From Eledone cirrhosa (Eukaryota): a stretch of DNA of 64,000 bases. Position numbers and translations under genes: made by a program. Positions 1 through 12,979 of this stretch are shown one piece after another. Every line of letters begins with the position of its first letter. Within the stretch, counting starts at the first letter, position 1. Below the pieces are notes generated by a model. The model was not told the DNA's origin. It saw nothing but the letters and a program-made list of their open reading frames with translations, and did not search any database. The stretch is from the NCBI GenBank assembly GCA_964016885.1, contig OZ024741.1, positions 392,708,001-392,772,000 on the forward strand. The letters run 5' to 3'.

Positions 1-1190
1 CAAGGAGTGCTATGAAATGTGTAGAGGAGCTTCAGCATGGCTAAGCAATTCCTCAACAGGAACAAGGCTGGATGGGCTTCAATCATGTCCAGTCGTGAGG
101 GTCATGAGCTGCTGGAGCCTAGACCTGATGGTGGAATGGATGGCTGGCGAGAAAATTGGTGACCCGATAATGAAGACATCCTCTTTTGGGACACCTGGTG
201 GAGAAGGGATCACATATCTGAGATTGAGGCTGCAAAGCCCTATGCATAATAGTTGATGATCACCACCTCCAACTTGGATGAGTTGACCTCAAGGCCGATT
301 CTTGCCAGAGCAGGAATCGCCAATCATAGGTCATGGCAAACAGTCTCCATAGGCCTACCTAAAATGGCATCATCCAGGTACCCAACATTGAAAAGGACCA
401 TGACATTCTGAGCAATGTGGTCTATACTGAAAGCAAAGAGGAGGGGACCCAAAGGGTCACCCTGTTGAACCCCAGTGGTTGAAATTATGGCTATGTCAGC
501 AGCAAGGAGTGTGCTTGGGGCTCCATATGATAGATAGGCCAATGGGTAGGTGAAGGGGGCTCAGCGGAGGCAGGCATCAAGCAGATGGTCATGGTGTAGG
601 CAGTTAAATGCATTCCTCATGTCAAGCTTGACAATGAGGTGCCTGGCGTCCTTTGACATCTGTTGAAGAACTGCCAGGCTGCATATGTGGCACCCTCACA
701 CTCCAACCCCTAGTTGCACCAGTTTGAGCTCCTCGCCCAGTTCATATTCTGGAAGACATTGCCCACAGTGATGAGGTGTATGCCACCCTCTTTCTTCCTG
801 AGAGCAGTCAGGCTGGCTGAAAAGAAGAAGCCACGGGCGTAAAGGTCGAGGGCACCATGAATGAACTTGTTGATGAGTGCCACAACTGCACTCAGAAAGC
901 GGTGCCTGGTTTTGGCTGATAGGGGGATAGCTGCACTTTAAGTTGGCCAGGTCGGAGACCATCAGTTCCTCCACTGCTTCAGGCAGGGAAGGACTTAATG
1001 GCAGACATGATGTCTGTCTGATGCTACAAAGAGCAGGTGAGGATCAGAAATGTATGGGTCTGAGGTTTGTGGGTGGCTGAGAATGCTTGAGCTGAAGATC
1101 AGCTAGGACCTCCTTCGTGGCATGGAATGGTGTCCTCCGAGGTGACCATTCTGAGTGTGGCTAAGACATTACTCTAAATTAGTTTGGTGT
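1..1190 (-). mobile_element. CRE-like (RLE-type) non-LTR retrotransposon, degenerate RT fragment
   Basis: Minus-strand translations give VKLDMRNAFNCL, GVQQGDPLGPLLFAF, VGYLDD and LARIGLEVN, with frameshifts and stops. Confidence 0.8.
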
Positions 1191-1191
1191 T

Positions 1192-1661
1192 TACACAGTC
1201 GCAGTTTGGATTTGTGCTAGGTAAAAGTACCACGGATGCTCTCTTCCTCATAAAGCAACATCAGGAGAAGTACCTAGCTAAAAGTAAAGACCTCTATTTA
1301 GCTTTTGTTAACTTGGAGAAAGCCTTTGACAGAGTCCCCTGTTCCATTATCTGATGGGCTCTTAGAAACCTAGGACTAGATGAGTGGCTTGTGAAAGCAG
1401 TACAAGCCATGTATAGAGGAATAGTCAGCAAGGTTAGAATTAACAATGACTATAGGGAAGAACTTAGTGTACAGGTAGGTGTTCATCAGGTCTCCATCCT
1501 TAACTCTCTCCTGTCTATTATTGTTCTGCAGGCTATAACAGAAAAGTTTAAGACTGGCTGCCAATGGGAACTTCTGTATGCAGATGATCTAATTCTCATA
1601 GCTAAATCTATGGCAGAATTAAAGAAGAAATTCCAAATCTGGAAGCATGGCCTAGAATCAC
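1192..1661 (+). mobile_element. RTE LINE internal RT fragment
   Basis: Matches the 54200-54665 part of the long RTE ORF (LEKAFDRVP, VGVHQ, WELLYADDL), with stops. Confidence 0.9.
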
Positions 1662-1848
1662 AAGCTGTGCTGTGCCAGTGACCGATCATTACCTGTTTGT
1701 TGAACACTGGCTTTGAGGAACAATCAACATGTTTCTGGGTCATCACCCTTCATCAGGACTGTATACCTATCTGTCAGTCTGTTGAACAGTTGAAAATATA
1801 TAGTATTTTCTTAAGTATACATCGGCTGAGTAGCCTCATTTGCATACC
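1662..1848 (-). mobile_element. Short hammerhead-bearing element, family A (PLE pLTR-like), partial
   Basis: Homologous to 28392-28652 and 32328-32575 and contains the hammerhead at 1720-1762. Confidence 0.7.
1720..1762 (-). ncRNA. Minimal type I hammerhead ribozyme motif
   Basis: Reverse complement reads ACAGUC-CUGAUGA-A-GGGU gaug ACCC-A-GAAA-CAUG-U-U-GAUUGU: 6-bp stem I, intact core, 4-bp stem II, palindromic loop III and a GUU cleavage triplet. Confidence 0.8.
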
Positions 1849-1944
1849 CAGGGAGTACGGCTGGCCTTGCCGAATATTAAAGATAAAATAAGAATTTTAT
1901 TTCTCGCTCTAATACAGCTGATACATAAATGTAAGTAAGCAGAC

Positions 1945-1946
1945 GT

Positions 1947-2031
<85 letters not shown>

Positions 2032-2051
2032 CATATTTATATATATATATA
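1945..2051. repeat. (CA)n/(TA)n microsatellite
   Basis: Direct reading of the sequence. Confidence 0.95.
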
Positions 2052-2470
2052 CCTTTGGCGCTACACAGTAATACAGAAGACCCGCCTTGCCTAAGTACAA
2101 AGCGAAACCTACAGTCAGTAGGCTCCTCCTAACCCAAAATACCACCCCACCCCACTACCCTTACCCCCACCCCCATTTACACCTAAAGTTATGTCGGTGC
2201 CACAACATCCAGTCCTAAACAAATGAGGTCGTGTAGGTGTCACGACAAAAAAACACACAGTCCACGCTGTAATGTGGCCATGTAGGTAACACGGTAAAAA
2301 CCTCCCAGTCCACACTGTAAACATGGTTGGTGTTAGGAAGGGCATCCAGCCGTAGAAAACCCGCCAGACAGTCCTATACGAGCAAGACAACCAATCTTGC
2401 ATCACGTGGGATAACTCCCGTCTAACCCATGCTAGCGTGGAAGATAGACGTTAAACGATGATGATGATGA
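2052..2470 (+). mobile_element. RTE LINE 3' end (ORF end, 3'UTR, (GAT)n tail)
   Basis: Homologous to 55495-55935 and begins directly after (TA)n. Confidence 0.9.
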
Positions 2471-2497
2471 CACACACACATATACACATATATATAT

Positions 2498-2975
2498 GTA
2501 CATATGGGTTATATTGAACATTAATAATAATGGCCCGATTTGAAGCTGTGCCATGCCGGTGACCGATCATTACCTGTTTGTTGAACACTGGCTTCGAGGA
2601 ACAATCAACATGTTTCTGGGTCTTTACCCTTGATCAGAAACATGTTGATTGTTCCTTGTTGAACAAACAGGTGACGATCAGTCACCGGTACAGCACAGCT
2701 TCTAATTGGGCCATTTGTTTACAAACGAATTTAACATTATTATTAATGTTCGATAAGCGGTGGATTGGCAGTATCGGTAGAGTCGGACACCATGCTTTGA
2801 AGCATAGAGTTACGTCCCTTTATGATCTGAGTTCAAATCCCGCCGAGGTTAACTTTGCCTTTCATCCTTACAGGGTCGATAAAATAAAGTACCAGTAATA
2901 CACTGGGTAATTGCTGGCCTTGTGCCAAAAGTAGAAACAATTATTAATGTTCGATATAACCCACACGTACATATG
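2498..2975. mobile_element. Family A element as a fold-back, turning inside the hammerhead and interrupted by a SINE
   Basis: 2500-2617 is reverse-complementary to 2636-2755 plus 2941-2975 (caatcaacatgtttctg vs cagaaacatgttgattg). Confidence 0.75.
2756..2939 (+). mobile_element. tRNA-derived SINE family B (Deu/Nin-like central domain) with 17-bp TSD
   Basis: A/B-box-like head (TGGCAGTATCGG, GAGTTCAAATCC) and domain GCCTTTCATCCTT..GGTCGATAAAAT..GTACCAG. TSD ATTATTAATGTTCGATA at 2739-2755 and 2940-2956. Confidence 0.9.
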
Positions 2976-3061
2976 TATATGTATATATGGGTGTGTGTGT
3001 GTATATATACACATATATATATTTATATATATATGTATATATACTCATATATATATGAAGG

Positions 3062-3505
3062 CGCATGGCTCAGTGGTTAGAGCAATGGGCTTGCAATCGA
3101 AAGGTTGTGAGTTCAATACTCGGACTGGGTGATGTGTTGTTTCCTTGAGCAAGACACTTTATTTCACATTGCTCCAGTTTATTCAGCTGTAGAGATGAGA
3201 TGATAGGGACTGAGGTCCCTATCATTCCACTGCAAAGTGGTCGTGGAGGTGTCACATCAAAAAAGCACCCAGCACTCACTGTAAAGTGGACGTGTAGGCG
3301 CCATGGAAGAAAAGCACCCATCATTCACTGTAAATGAGGTTGGTGTTAAGAAGGGCATCCAGCTGTAGAAATCAAGCCAAAATAAGTTCCTATATGAGCA
3401 AAACAAGGTCAGGCGACCAGACACTGCCCACAACAGGACAACCCGCCTAACCCATGCTAGCGTGGAAGAACGGACGTAAAACGGTGATAATGATGATGAT
3501 GATGG
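3062..3505 (+). mobile_element. tRNA-derived CORE-type SINE family A with RTE-derived tail
   Basis: TGGCTCAGTGG / GAGTTCAAT head, CCTTGAGCAAGACACTT core-like segment, and a tail shared with the RTE 3'UTR at 35790-36065. Confidence 0.85.
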
Positions 3506-3509
3506 TAGC

Positions 3510-3750
3510 TGCTAATTTCACTCTTGGTAATTTCAATCCCGGTAATTTGACTGCCAGTCAATTTCACTCCTGATATTAGAAAATAATGGAACGTTGAAAT
3601 TCATCATATTTGTTTCCCTTTTCATAGTTACAGTATATTTACTTGGTTATATTACAAATACTGTATAGGTTTTATGTTTTCAACTGATAATAAATAATAA
3701 TAATAATTTAATTATTTTCTAATATCGGGAGTGAAATTACCTAGAAGCCT
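3510..3750. mobile_element. MITE-like element with subterminal GTAATTTCAC repeats
   Basis: AATTTCACTCCTGATATTAGAAAATAAT (3561-3588) is an inverted repeat of 3711-3738. Confidence 0.5.
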
Positions 3751-5585
3751 CATATATACATATACACATATACATATATACACACATACACACAGATACA
3801 CATATATATGCATCCATATATGCACCTAAACACACACGCATTATTGTATATGTTGATGAAAACTAATTGTATATTTCTACGATTTTTATTCTTTAATATA
3901 ATTTAAAACCTTCATTGAAACTTATTTCGTGGAAAACATAGGCAAGTGATCTTATTTGAGAGTGTTTAGGACTATCACATGTTGCATAATCATAGAACTA
4001 CTGTGGCTCTTCACATTCCAAGGCATTTTTATATCATATATTATTTGTTACCATATTTCTTTTGAAAATAATGAAGAATTTGGAGGAATTTAGTTAATAT
4101 AACTAACTTTCTCATTAAGTTAGTATTTGGAACATAACTTAACAAAGATTTTTACATAAAATTATAATGGAAGGTTTTTACATAAATATAAACACTTCAA
4201 AACAAATAGCTATTTATAGAAGAACCAAGGATGGTTTAAAGGAGAGGATATATAAAAAAAATTAAAGATATTTATTTATTACACTGCAATTATTTACTAT
4301 TAAAAATAGCAACTGATAAAATCGATTTCTCCCCCTTTTTATTTTTGGTAGTTGATAGTGTGAACAAATATATTTATTGCTAGGATTTCTTTAGTTTAAA
4401 TAAAAAAATATTCCAGCTGATAATGGTGAGACAGTTTATAATTTATGTATTGCTGTTGATAGTGATGCTTATATACTACCCTTATGACTGCTGATGATTT
4501 AGGTGATGGTAGAGGTACAGCTGCTGCTACTGATAATCATGTATAACCTTTTGTTGTTTCTGGTAACTTTCCAATGTATCAGCTATATGAAGGTATTCCT
4601 AATTTGGTTAAGCATCTGTGAGGAGTGTCTAGTTAGGCTTGTATCTAATATCAAAAAAATGTTAAAAATAGCACTATGACTAGCTACAAAAAATGCCTTG
4701 GTAAGATTAGAGAAAGAAATTAAAATGAGTAGAACCGTTCACATGAAAGAAACAGTGCCCATGTTTTGTAAATAAACACAACCAACTACTGGAGAGATTT
4801 TATCAATGATATATTAAACCATTATTTGAAAACTGTTTTATAGTTTAACTATTCATTATCAAAAGAAAAGGGAAAGTGATTTTGTATCATTTATATGATT
4901 TTATATTAATAAAATAACATTAATTCTCTGTGTTTATTGAATACCTTGGTATATAACTGGTATTAAAATATAGTAGGGTAAAACAAGAACCCATGCAAGA
5001 TGCCTGATGTAAAGGAGAATAATAATATAACAAAATCAATGGCAGGTGAAGTAGTAAAGAGAAATCGTGCTATGTGTAAAGCAAAAAATAATTCAGCAAG
5101 AGAAGTATAGAATTACACAGCTATCTGATAAATTTGTGAGTGAAGTGTGTCTGTTAAATAGCCACACACATATGCATATGTGCTGAAGCAACAGTCAACT
5201 TCCTGTATGAATCATAACATTTACTATGATTGTTACCATTTGGGAATGTTAGTTATCTTAAAGCAACAGTTCTTTGATTACGGCAACTTTCAGCTCTGTG
5301 AAAATGACTATTGATATAGTTTCGCTAGTGTAGTTAGCAACTTCTAAATACATTATATATAATATTTACAAACCAACAAGAGAAACTCTGCCCAGTAACA
5401 TACTCTGTTAGAAATAGCAGCAAAATCGCCACTCCGTCACATGTTACCATCTCAAAAAAAGAAAACAGCCATTGAATAATGTTAAGTCCCCAATACCCAA
5501 TGTTAAAATGGAAAAAATAAGGGATGATCATGCTTGAAGCAACTTTGATCATAAGTCTACTTGATTGTGGTTGACCTGGGGTTAA

Positions 5586-5800
5586 CCCTTTAGCATTTAC
5601 ATTACTCTATATTTACTATTGTATTTTTGTGGTAAAGGCATTATCTTACATAATTATCTCACTTAATATTGAATCGATGAGACTTTTATGTTATTTATTT
5701 TGAGAAAAATACCTTAACATCAATATGAGTGGCCAATTACAGCCAGTTTGAACAGAAAGAGGTGAGAAAATTCTGGCCGAATACAGCCGGTTTAAATGCT
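5586..5800. mobile_element. piggyBac-like MITE, degenerate right end
   Basis: TTAA-CCCTTTAGCATT start, homologous to 47019-47225. Confidence 0.7.
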
Positions 5801-6739
5801 TTAGCAATTTAGAAAGAAAGAACTTCTATAAACTTATTTCTTTCCTCAAAGGAAATATTATTTACTAAATTTAGATTAAATAATCAGAGGGGTATTGATT
5901 TACTAAAGGAATCTGTTGAATTCTTGAGATCAACATTAAAATAAATAAATAAATAAATTGCTACCTGAGCAAAATATTTATTTGACAGTAATATGAAAAA
6001 TTTGTTATCTTTTAGGGCAAGGAAAGAAATTCTACAAATAAATAAAAAAAAAAAACAGAAGACAAATACTGAGAAAGGTCAATACTAATATTTCCCTAAA
6101 ATTACACTTTATCATGCTAAAAATGAAGGGATAGATTGAATAACATAGTCCTAGATATTCTATTCTCAAGAAAAAGATAGGAAATTCAACCAGGCTGTTT
6201 AAGCAATAAACATAAAACGTGCTTTATGAACTGCTTGGTTGAATTATGAGAAGTAAAGAGTAGTTTCTATCACCTAAGTGAAAAAATTATTGCTAGAAAA
6301 GACTGATGTAGCAATATAAATAGCTAGAGCAAGAAAAATGTGTTGCTCTTGTTTGTTAGCCCCAATATTAATATAGCAGAACTATGATCAAAGGTATTCC
6401 AGTGGTGACCATTTCATATTTTTGTATATCTAGGATTACATTGTCCAATGCATATTTTCCCCTTCCATTGAATATGATAAGATAAGATTTGATGGAATTT
6501 GGCTGCTACTAGTAAGTTTGAGAGACTGATATCACAACAAATAGCACTCAGCCCACACTGTAAAGTGGTTGTGTAGGTGTAACGACAAAAAGCACCTAGC
6601 ACACGCTATAAATGAGGTTGCTGTTAGGAAGGATATCCAGCTGTAGAAGTCTAGCCTGAAACAGTCCTATATAAGCAACCTGCCTCTTTTGGGACAACTC
6701 ATCTAACCTATGCTAAAGTGAAAAAATGATGATGTCTCT

Positions 6740-7215
6740 GTGCTGGAAAAAGGTGTTCATAATAGAGAGTCCATTGCTAGAAGAGAAGTCTAGTAAGGCA
6801 TCTCCATTTGTATTTAGATCGAGATCGCCATTCCTTCCAATCACTCCTTTCCATGTCAGGTCGTCAGTGCCAACATGTGCATTGATCTAACACTGCAGTG
6901 ACCTCATCAAGGAAGGACCTGTATTTGGACTCCTTGTTTGGTGCATAAATTTGCATTACCCACAGCCTAAGCTTTAAGAGGCAAATCTTCCCTCCTAATG
7001 GGATACAGTCCATGAGACATTCTGACAGTTGGGGCTTGTGTGTATCCCCACTCCCGCATGTGCAGTCATTTCTGGCACCACATCTGAATAGTGGAGTTTC
7101 CATCCTCCATCTAAATTTACAGTGTTAGAGCCACGGAACTTTGTTGAGGAAGCCATGACTATATCTAGCTGGTAGCATCTAGCCTCCTCCACTAGTTCCT
7201 GCTTCTGACCTGTAA
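6740..7215 (-). mobile_element. Second RTE-like LINE family, APE endonuclease fragment
   Basis: Translations ELVEEARCYQLDIV..STK, HAGVGI and QIYAPN. Confidence 0.75.
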
Positions 7216-7219
7216 GGTG

Positions 7220-7835
7220 GCCTGGATCTCTGGAAAGACACCTAAGTAATGGCCGTTGGGAGTGCTAATCCCAATTTTCAAAAAGGGATGCAAGGGAGAT
7301 TGTTCCAATTACAGAGGGATCTCCTTGTTTAGCCTCCCCAGTAAAGTCTATGCTAAGTGCCTTAAGGCTGTACAGGAGTATAGGATTAATGGTCAGCTCC
7401 TTGCTGTTCTGATGTCTCTATATAAATGCCCAAGTATTTGTGTTTGGATAAATGGTGTTAAATTGAAACCATTCAATGTGGGAGTTGGACTCTGCTAAGG
7501 GTGCATACTGTCACCTCTCCTGTTCATTATTTACATGAAGAGGTAGAGCCGCTGCTTCTCCAAATTGAGAGATCACAGCTCCGATAATATGGGCATGTGG
7601 TTAGAATGTTTCAGGAAAGAATTGCAGGACAGATTTTATGGGCAAAAACCAACCAGCAGGAGACTCAGGGTAGACCCTCAGCAAGATGGTTGGATAACAT
7701 CCATGAGCTTGGCTGGTCATGCTTGGGGATCCTGCCAAATCAGTTGGAGATGATTGCTTCTGACAGAACCCACTGGAAGGAGTGTTTGAGGACTCTGCCC
7801 CCACCACCCTCCCAAGAAGAAGAAGAAGAAAAAGA
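7220..7835 (+). mobile_element. Second RTE-like LINE family, deleted RT and 3' end with (GAA)n tail
   Basis: Translations IPIFKKG..DCSNYRGISL, FNVGVGL and GRPSARWLDNI, followed by a purine-rich tail. Confidence 0.8.
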
Positions 7836-7920
7836 AAGAGGAGGAGGAGGAGGAGGAGGAGGAGGGGGAGAAGAAGATTAGAACATGAAGCACATAATGA
7901 ATTATAAATATGAATTAATA

Positions 7921-8108
7921 ATTGTTTCTACTTTTGGCACAAGGCCAGCAATTATCCCAGTGTATTACTGGTACTTTATTTTATCGACCCCGTAAGGATG
8001 AAAGGCAAAGTTAACCTCGGCGGGATTTGAACTCAGTCCGTAAAGGGACGTAACTATGCTGCAAAGCATGGCATCCGACCCTCTACTGATACTGCCAATC
8101 CACCGCCT
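7921..8108 (-). mobile_element. SINE family B
   Basis: Reverse complement of 2756-2939, flanked by AATATGAATTAAT at 7907-7919 and 8112-8124. Confidence 0.9.
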
Positions 8109-8569
8109 ATGAATATGAATTAATGATATGAAAATGTATTTGGTGGTGTTTGTGTAAGTTATTTAGATATCTTTAGACATAAGGTCTATTTTGTATCCAG
8201 GGAGATGAAAGTAAATATATAAGTGCACATGCACACACATCAGAGTCACATAACAAAAATAAAAAAAATAAAAAAATGCCAAGATATTTATATCACAAAT
8301 TGGTTGACTGACTCTAACATAACATAGGCATGAAGAGTAACTTATTTTAGATGAATGATTGCAATGCTACTTCATACATTGAAGAGTATAATTTTGCAAT
8401 ACAAGAGCAACAAATAATTACAAAGTATCATATGAGCAAACAAGAAAGACACCCCTTAAAAGCTGTTTTACAATACTTAATGTTAGTTATATTAAACCTG
8501 TCATAATAACATACATTCACAACTGAGACTAAAAATAACAAGGTACTACAATATTTCCATAAAGTTAGA

Positions 8570-8770
8570 TGTTCTTCTCTTCTTCCTGGGAGGGACATGG
8601 GGGCAGAATCCTTAAACATGCTTTCCAGCTTGTCTTTTCAGAAGCAATTGTTTCCAATTGATCCAACTCGATCCCCAAGCAAGACTAGCTGAGCTCATAG
8701 ATGTTATCCAACCATCTTGCTCAACCATCTTGCTCAGGGACCTCTGGGTCTCCTACTTTTTTCTGATGAC
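8570..8770 (-). mobile_element. 3' fragment of the second RTE-like family
   Basis: Reverse strand translates to ARWLDNIYEL..CLGIELDQLETIAS, as at 7680-7820. Confidence 0.75.
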
Positions 8771-9494
8771 CAAATGCTGAAGTTAGTAATGTGCATTAAT
8801 GGACATATTCAAGTTAACAATGAACTCAAATGCACCTGTATATTTGGAAACAAGAAATGTGTATTGCAAGTTGGAATTAAAATTTCTATCAAATGCAGTG
8901 ATAAAAGACCAAGCATTGCTCTGTAATACAAAAAACTTTGATGTTGTGGTAGTTATTTATTTAATTGTTCAAGAATTTCATGAAAAAAAAAGTTAAGCTA
9001 GTCTATTTAAATGAGAAATAATTTGATGTAAATACTTTGGAAACCCAAATCACACTAATCAGTACTCGCCCCTAATTCACTGACTTTCTTCTCTGCTGCC
9101 AGGCAAGTTATGAGGGGAAAATAATCATGTTCTTTATTTATTATACAAACATGATGAAGCAATGCTTTGGCTGAAAAAAAAAATGCTTTATGCACTTTAT
9201 CATTTTAACTGCTTCAGGATTATTTTCTAATTGTTAGTGCCACTTACAACACAAACATATTTCAATTGGTATTTGAGACAGTTGATTGCTATTTTAGGCC
9301 AATTACATCCCATGAGAAGCTAACCAGCTGGGAAAGAGTTATTTTATGTACCTGTCATACTCTTGGCAGAAGCACTACAACTTTTCTGGTGACAGGAAAT
9401 AAGATTTGAACTTTGAACCCACAGAACAAATAGTGCAAATCATTCTATTTATTATTATACTATTTATTATTATATACTATTTATTATTATATCA

Positions 9495-10778
9495 TACTAT
9501 TTATTATTGCCCTTCAGGCTATAACAGAGGAGTTCAAGACCGGCTACCCATGGGAACTCCTATATGCAGATGATCTAACGCTCATAGCTGAATCAATGGC
9601 TGAACTAGAGAAGAAATTCCAAACATGGAAGCATGGCCTAGAATCAAAAGGCCTTAAAGTTAACTTATCTAAGACTAAAGTTCTAGTTTGTAGGAAGGAA
9701 AATAGGGCACCGGTCCCATCTGGGAAATGGCCATGCTTAGTGTGTAGGAAATGAGTAGGCAGAAACTCCATTTTATGTCCCAAATGCAAAGTATGGGTGC
9801 ATAAAAGATGCAGTGGGATCACAGGTAAGCTAACTAAGAATATAGATTTTATATGTGGCCGGTGCTCTGGTTCAATAAGTAGCAGCAAGTGCCTACAGAA
9901 TACTAACTCATTCCATTGCACAGATGGTTCTATAGAAATAGTGGACACCTTCCATTACCTGGGTGACAAAATCAGCAGTGGGGGAGGGTGCTCTGAAAGT
10001 ACAGTAGCTAGAGTCAGAACGGGATGGAAAAAGTTCAGAGAGCTTATACCACTATTGGCCGCTAAAGGTTTCTCTCTAAAAATGAAAGGCAGGCTGTATG
10101 ATGCCTGCATACGAACAGCAATGTTACATGGCAGTGAGACCTGGGCATTGTGTGCAGAGGATATACGCAGACTGAAGAGAAATGAAGCTTGCATGCTCCG
10201 CTGGATGTGTAATAGTAATATACGTGAACGGCAAATCATAAACGAACTAAGGGAGAAATTAGAAATAAGAGGGATCAGATGTTGTTTACTCGAGAGAAGA
10301 CTACGTTGGTATGGTCATGTGATGCGCATGAAAGATGACAGCTGTATAAAAAAGTGCAGGGCAATAAAAATAGATGGTAGCCACGGAGTAGGCAGACCCA
10401 GAAAAACCTGGGACGACTTGATAAATTCCGACCTCACACACTTACACCTCTCCAAGACAATGTCACTGGACCGAGATCTTTGGCACTACACAGTAATACA
10501 GAAGACCCGCCTTGCCTAAGTACAAAGCGAAACCTACAGTCAGTAGGCACCTCAAACAAAAATACACCCCCGTTCCACTACCCCACCCCATCCACCACCC
10601 CTTTCAATGTAAAGTTATGTTGGTACCACAACATCCAGCTCGAAACAAATGGGGTCGTGTAGGTGTCACGACAAAAAAAACACACAGTCCACGCTGTAAT
10701 GTGGCCGTGTAGGTAACACGTTAAAAACCTCCCAGTCCCACACTGTAAATGTGGTTGGTGTTAGGAAGGGCATCCAGT
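9495..10778 (+). mobile_element. RTE LINE, 5'-truncated
   Basis: YADD, PHD-like finger, MLHGSETW and GRPRKTW motifs. Near-identical to 54512-55805, with one stop near 9751. Confidence 0.95.
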
Positions 10779-10917
10779 GATCCCACCAATCCATTACTCC
10801 TGGACTAGTACATTATCAACCTTGAAGGACAAAAAGCAAATTTAGGATTTGAACTGGAACAAATATCAGGCATTGAATCTGACACTCTAATGACTCTGCC
10901 AATTCATCACCTTATAC

Positions 10918-11214
10918 CAGTGGTTTCCAAACTTTTTTTAATCACGGCACAGTTTTGAGTAAAAAATATGCTGGCACACTTTGTACCATAAATTTATTAT
11001 TGATTTATTAAAAGAGTTGAAAATTGTGCTATTTTTCTCAAATCTTGTTACTAAACTTTACTTGTTTGCCACTATGATAGCTATATATGAACTTTCATAT
11101 GAATTTAAGTTTGTAGTTTTCATATCTTGAAACTTAATCTTAGTCTTTTGTGGTGCATCTAGTTACATCTTGTGGTGCACTGATGTGTCACGGCACTTGG
11201 TTTGGAAACCATTG
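10918..11214. mobile_element. hAT-superfamily MITE
   Basis: TIRs CAGTGGTTTCCAAAC / GTTTGGAAACCATTG and an 8-bp TSD CCTTATAC (10910-10917, 11215-11222). Confidence 0.9.
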
Positions 11215-11694
11215 CCTTATACTTTTCATGAAAAGTCACTTAAAATCAAAAAATATACTATAACTATTGATTATAGATGTCCAGGTTATCTTTATTGTTA
11301 GAAGGCATATATATGAGGTTTATGGGAATGTGTACATCTGCTGCACATTTTATTAACATAATAACAAAATCTTACTGCTCAGCACCTTAATAAAAACTAA
11401 AACAACTGATAACTATTGAGTATTGAACTGACCAACAAACGACAACACATTTTTTAAACAGATGCTTACACAGTAATTTGATAAAAGAAGCACCCTAAAA
11501 CGAAGTGATCTACAAATTAAATCTATTTAAATTACAAGAAAATAGGCACCACTTGAAGTTTAAAATTTGACAGATGTTATCACTCTTTTGGAATTCAGCT
11601 ATGTAGTGGAATCACCTTCAAAGGACTTTTTAGTCGATTATATTGACCCTAGAACTTTTTCATTCAAGTGCTCATTTTATCAATCTCTTTACAT

Positions 11695-11847
11695 TGAGTT
11701 CAAATCCAACTGAGGTTAGCTTTGCCTTTCATCCTTATGGGGTCAATAAAATAGAGCACCAGTAATGCACTGGGGTTGATATATTCAATTTTTCCTTTCC
11801 CTGCAAATTGCTGGCCTGGCCTTGTGCCAAACATAGAAACAATTATT
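11695..11847 (+). mobile_element. SINE family B, 5'-truncated
   Basis: GAGTTCAAATCC..GCCTTTCATCCTT..GTGCCAAACATAGAAAC. Confidence 0.8.
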
Positions 11848-12979
11848 GTGTTAATAACATAGCTCCAAAAGACTGATGCTGATTCTGTAAAATTAAATAA
11901 CAAAGTTGCAGACATCTTTTATTTGAGGCTATTCTTAATTTGGAGATAGAGAAATAGTTAATAGTATAGCTTTAGAAAAGATATTAGATTTATCAATCTA
12001 ATATCTTTTCTAAAACTATTGCATTGTGATGATTATTAATCCACTGTTAATTTTGTTACAGTTGTTCAATCAACGGAATGTTCTATGTGTTAAATTAATA
12101 TGTAAATTGTTGAGTAAACAGAGTTATATATACTTTTAACATAATTCTCAGACAGAATCTGGACCTTTCAATTACAGGTCAACTGACAAATTCCCACACA
12201 GTTTCCATCTATTAAATTTCATTCACTCCAAAACCTCATAGTTCTGAGTAAACTTTTAGCCATTCAACCATGCCTACATTAACAACTGGACTAAAACAGA
12301 TTGTTCTACTTCATTCAGTCTGCAGGATATTACCCTATAGATGCTACCATTATCAAGGGTAACCAGCTGTATAAACAATTATTTCAACAGTTTTCAATTA
12401 GCCACATATGGTGTTGGGGGTTGGGTTCTGTAAAATATTAAAAGGAAACTTAGAAAGAACCCTTCATAATATGAACATTGTGTAAAAAAATGATAAGTAT
12501 AAATGTGAGAAATATTAGGAGAAAGAAAGGAGCCAATTGTTATTGTTCCTGGTCTTCCCTGATCAAAAAGTATTCTATCCATGATCTTGCCATTGTTTTT
12601 AGGGCATGTAGGAGACATTACCTAATATACCCTTTACTGAAATAACACTGTGACTTGAGGGATATTGGCTGTTATTTTTAGCAGGCCAAGCAATCGTGTA
12701 AATTTTCCCTTCAATGCTCTCAGGATTTTTCCAATTTGTCACGTTGATAATATATGTGTGATAAAATCTCAATTTAAAATGTTAATAGTACTGTTTCTCC
12801 ATTCTATTGTGACAAGTGTTCAAATAAGGTCTTCAGTTTGAAAGATAACAATATTTTGAGGCACTGCTTTCCTACTAATCAAGTGTGGTAGTTTCTTCCC
12901 TAGCTCACCTACCACCAGTCTGAGAGACCTTAAGAAAGATCACGAGTATAAAAAAATGTTAATGTTACTTTTTACATAC

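Noticed and set aside
3062-3130. tRNA genes
   Set aside because: The A/B boxes belong to SINE heads. There is no complete cloverleaf, and they are followed by SINE bodies.
4580-4650. Possible minus-strand exon after tttttttgatattag (also a candidate at about 8790-8838)
   Set aside because: Short frames ending in stops, with no similarity to RyR exon 3.
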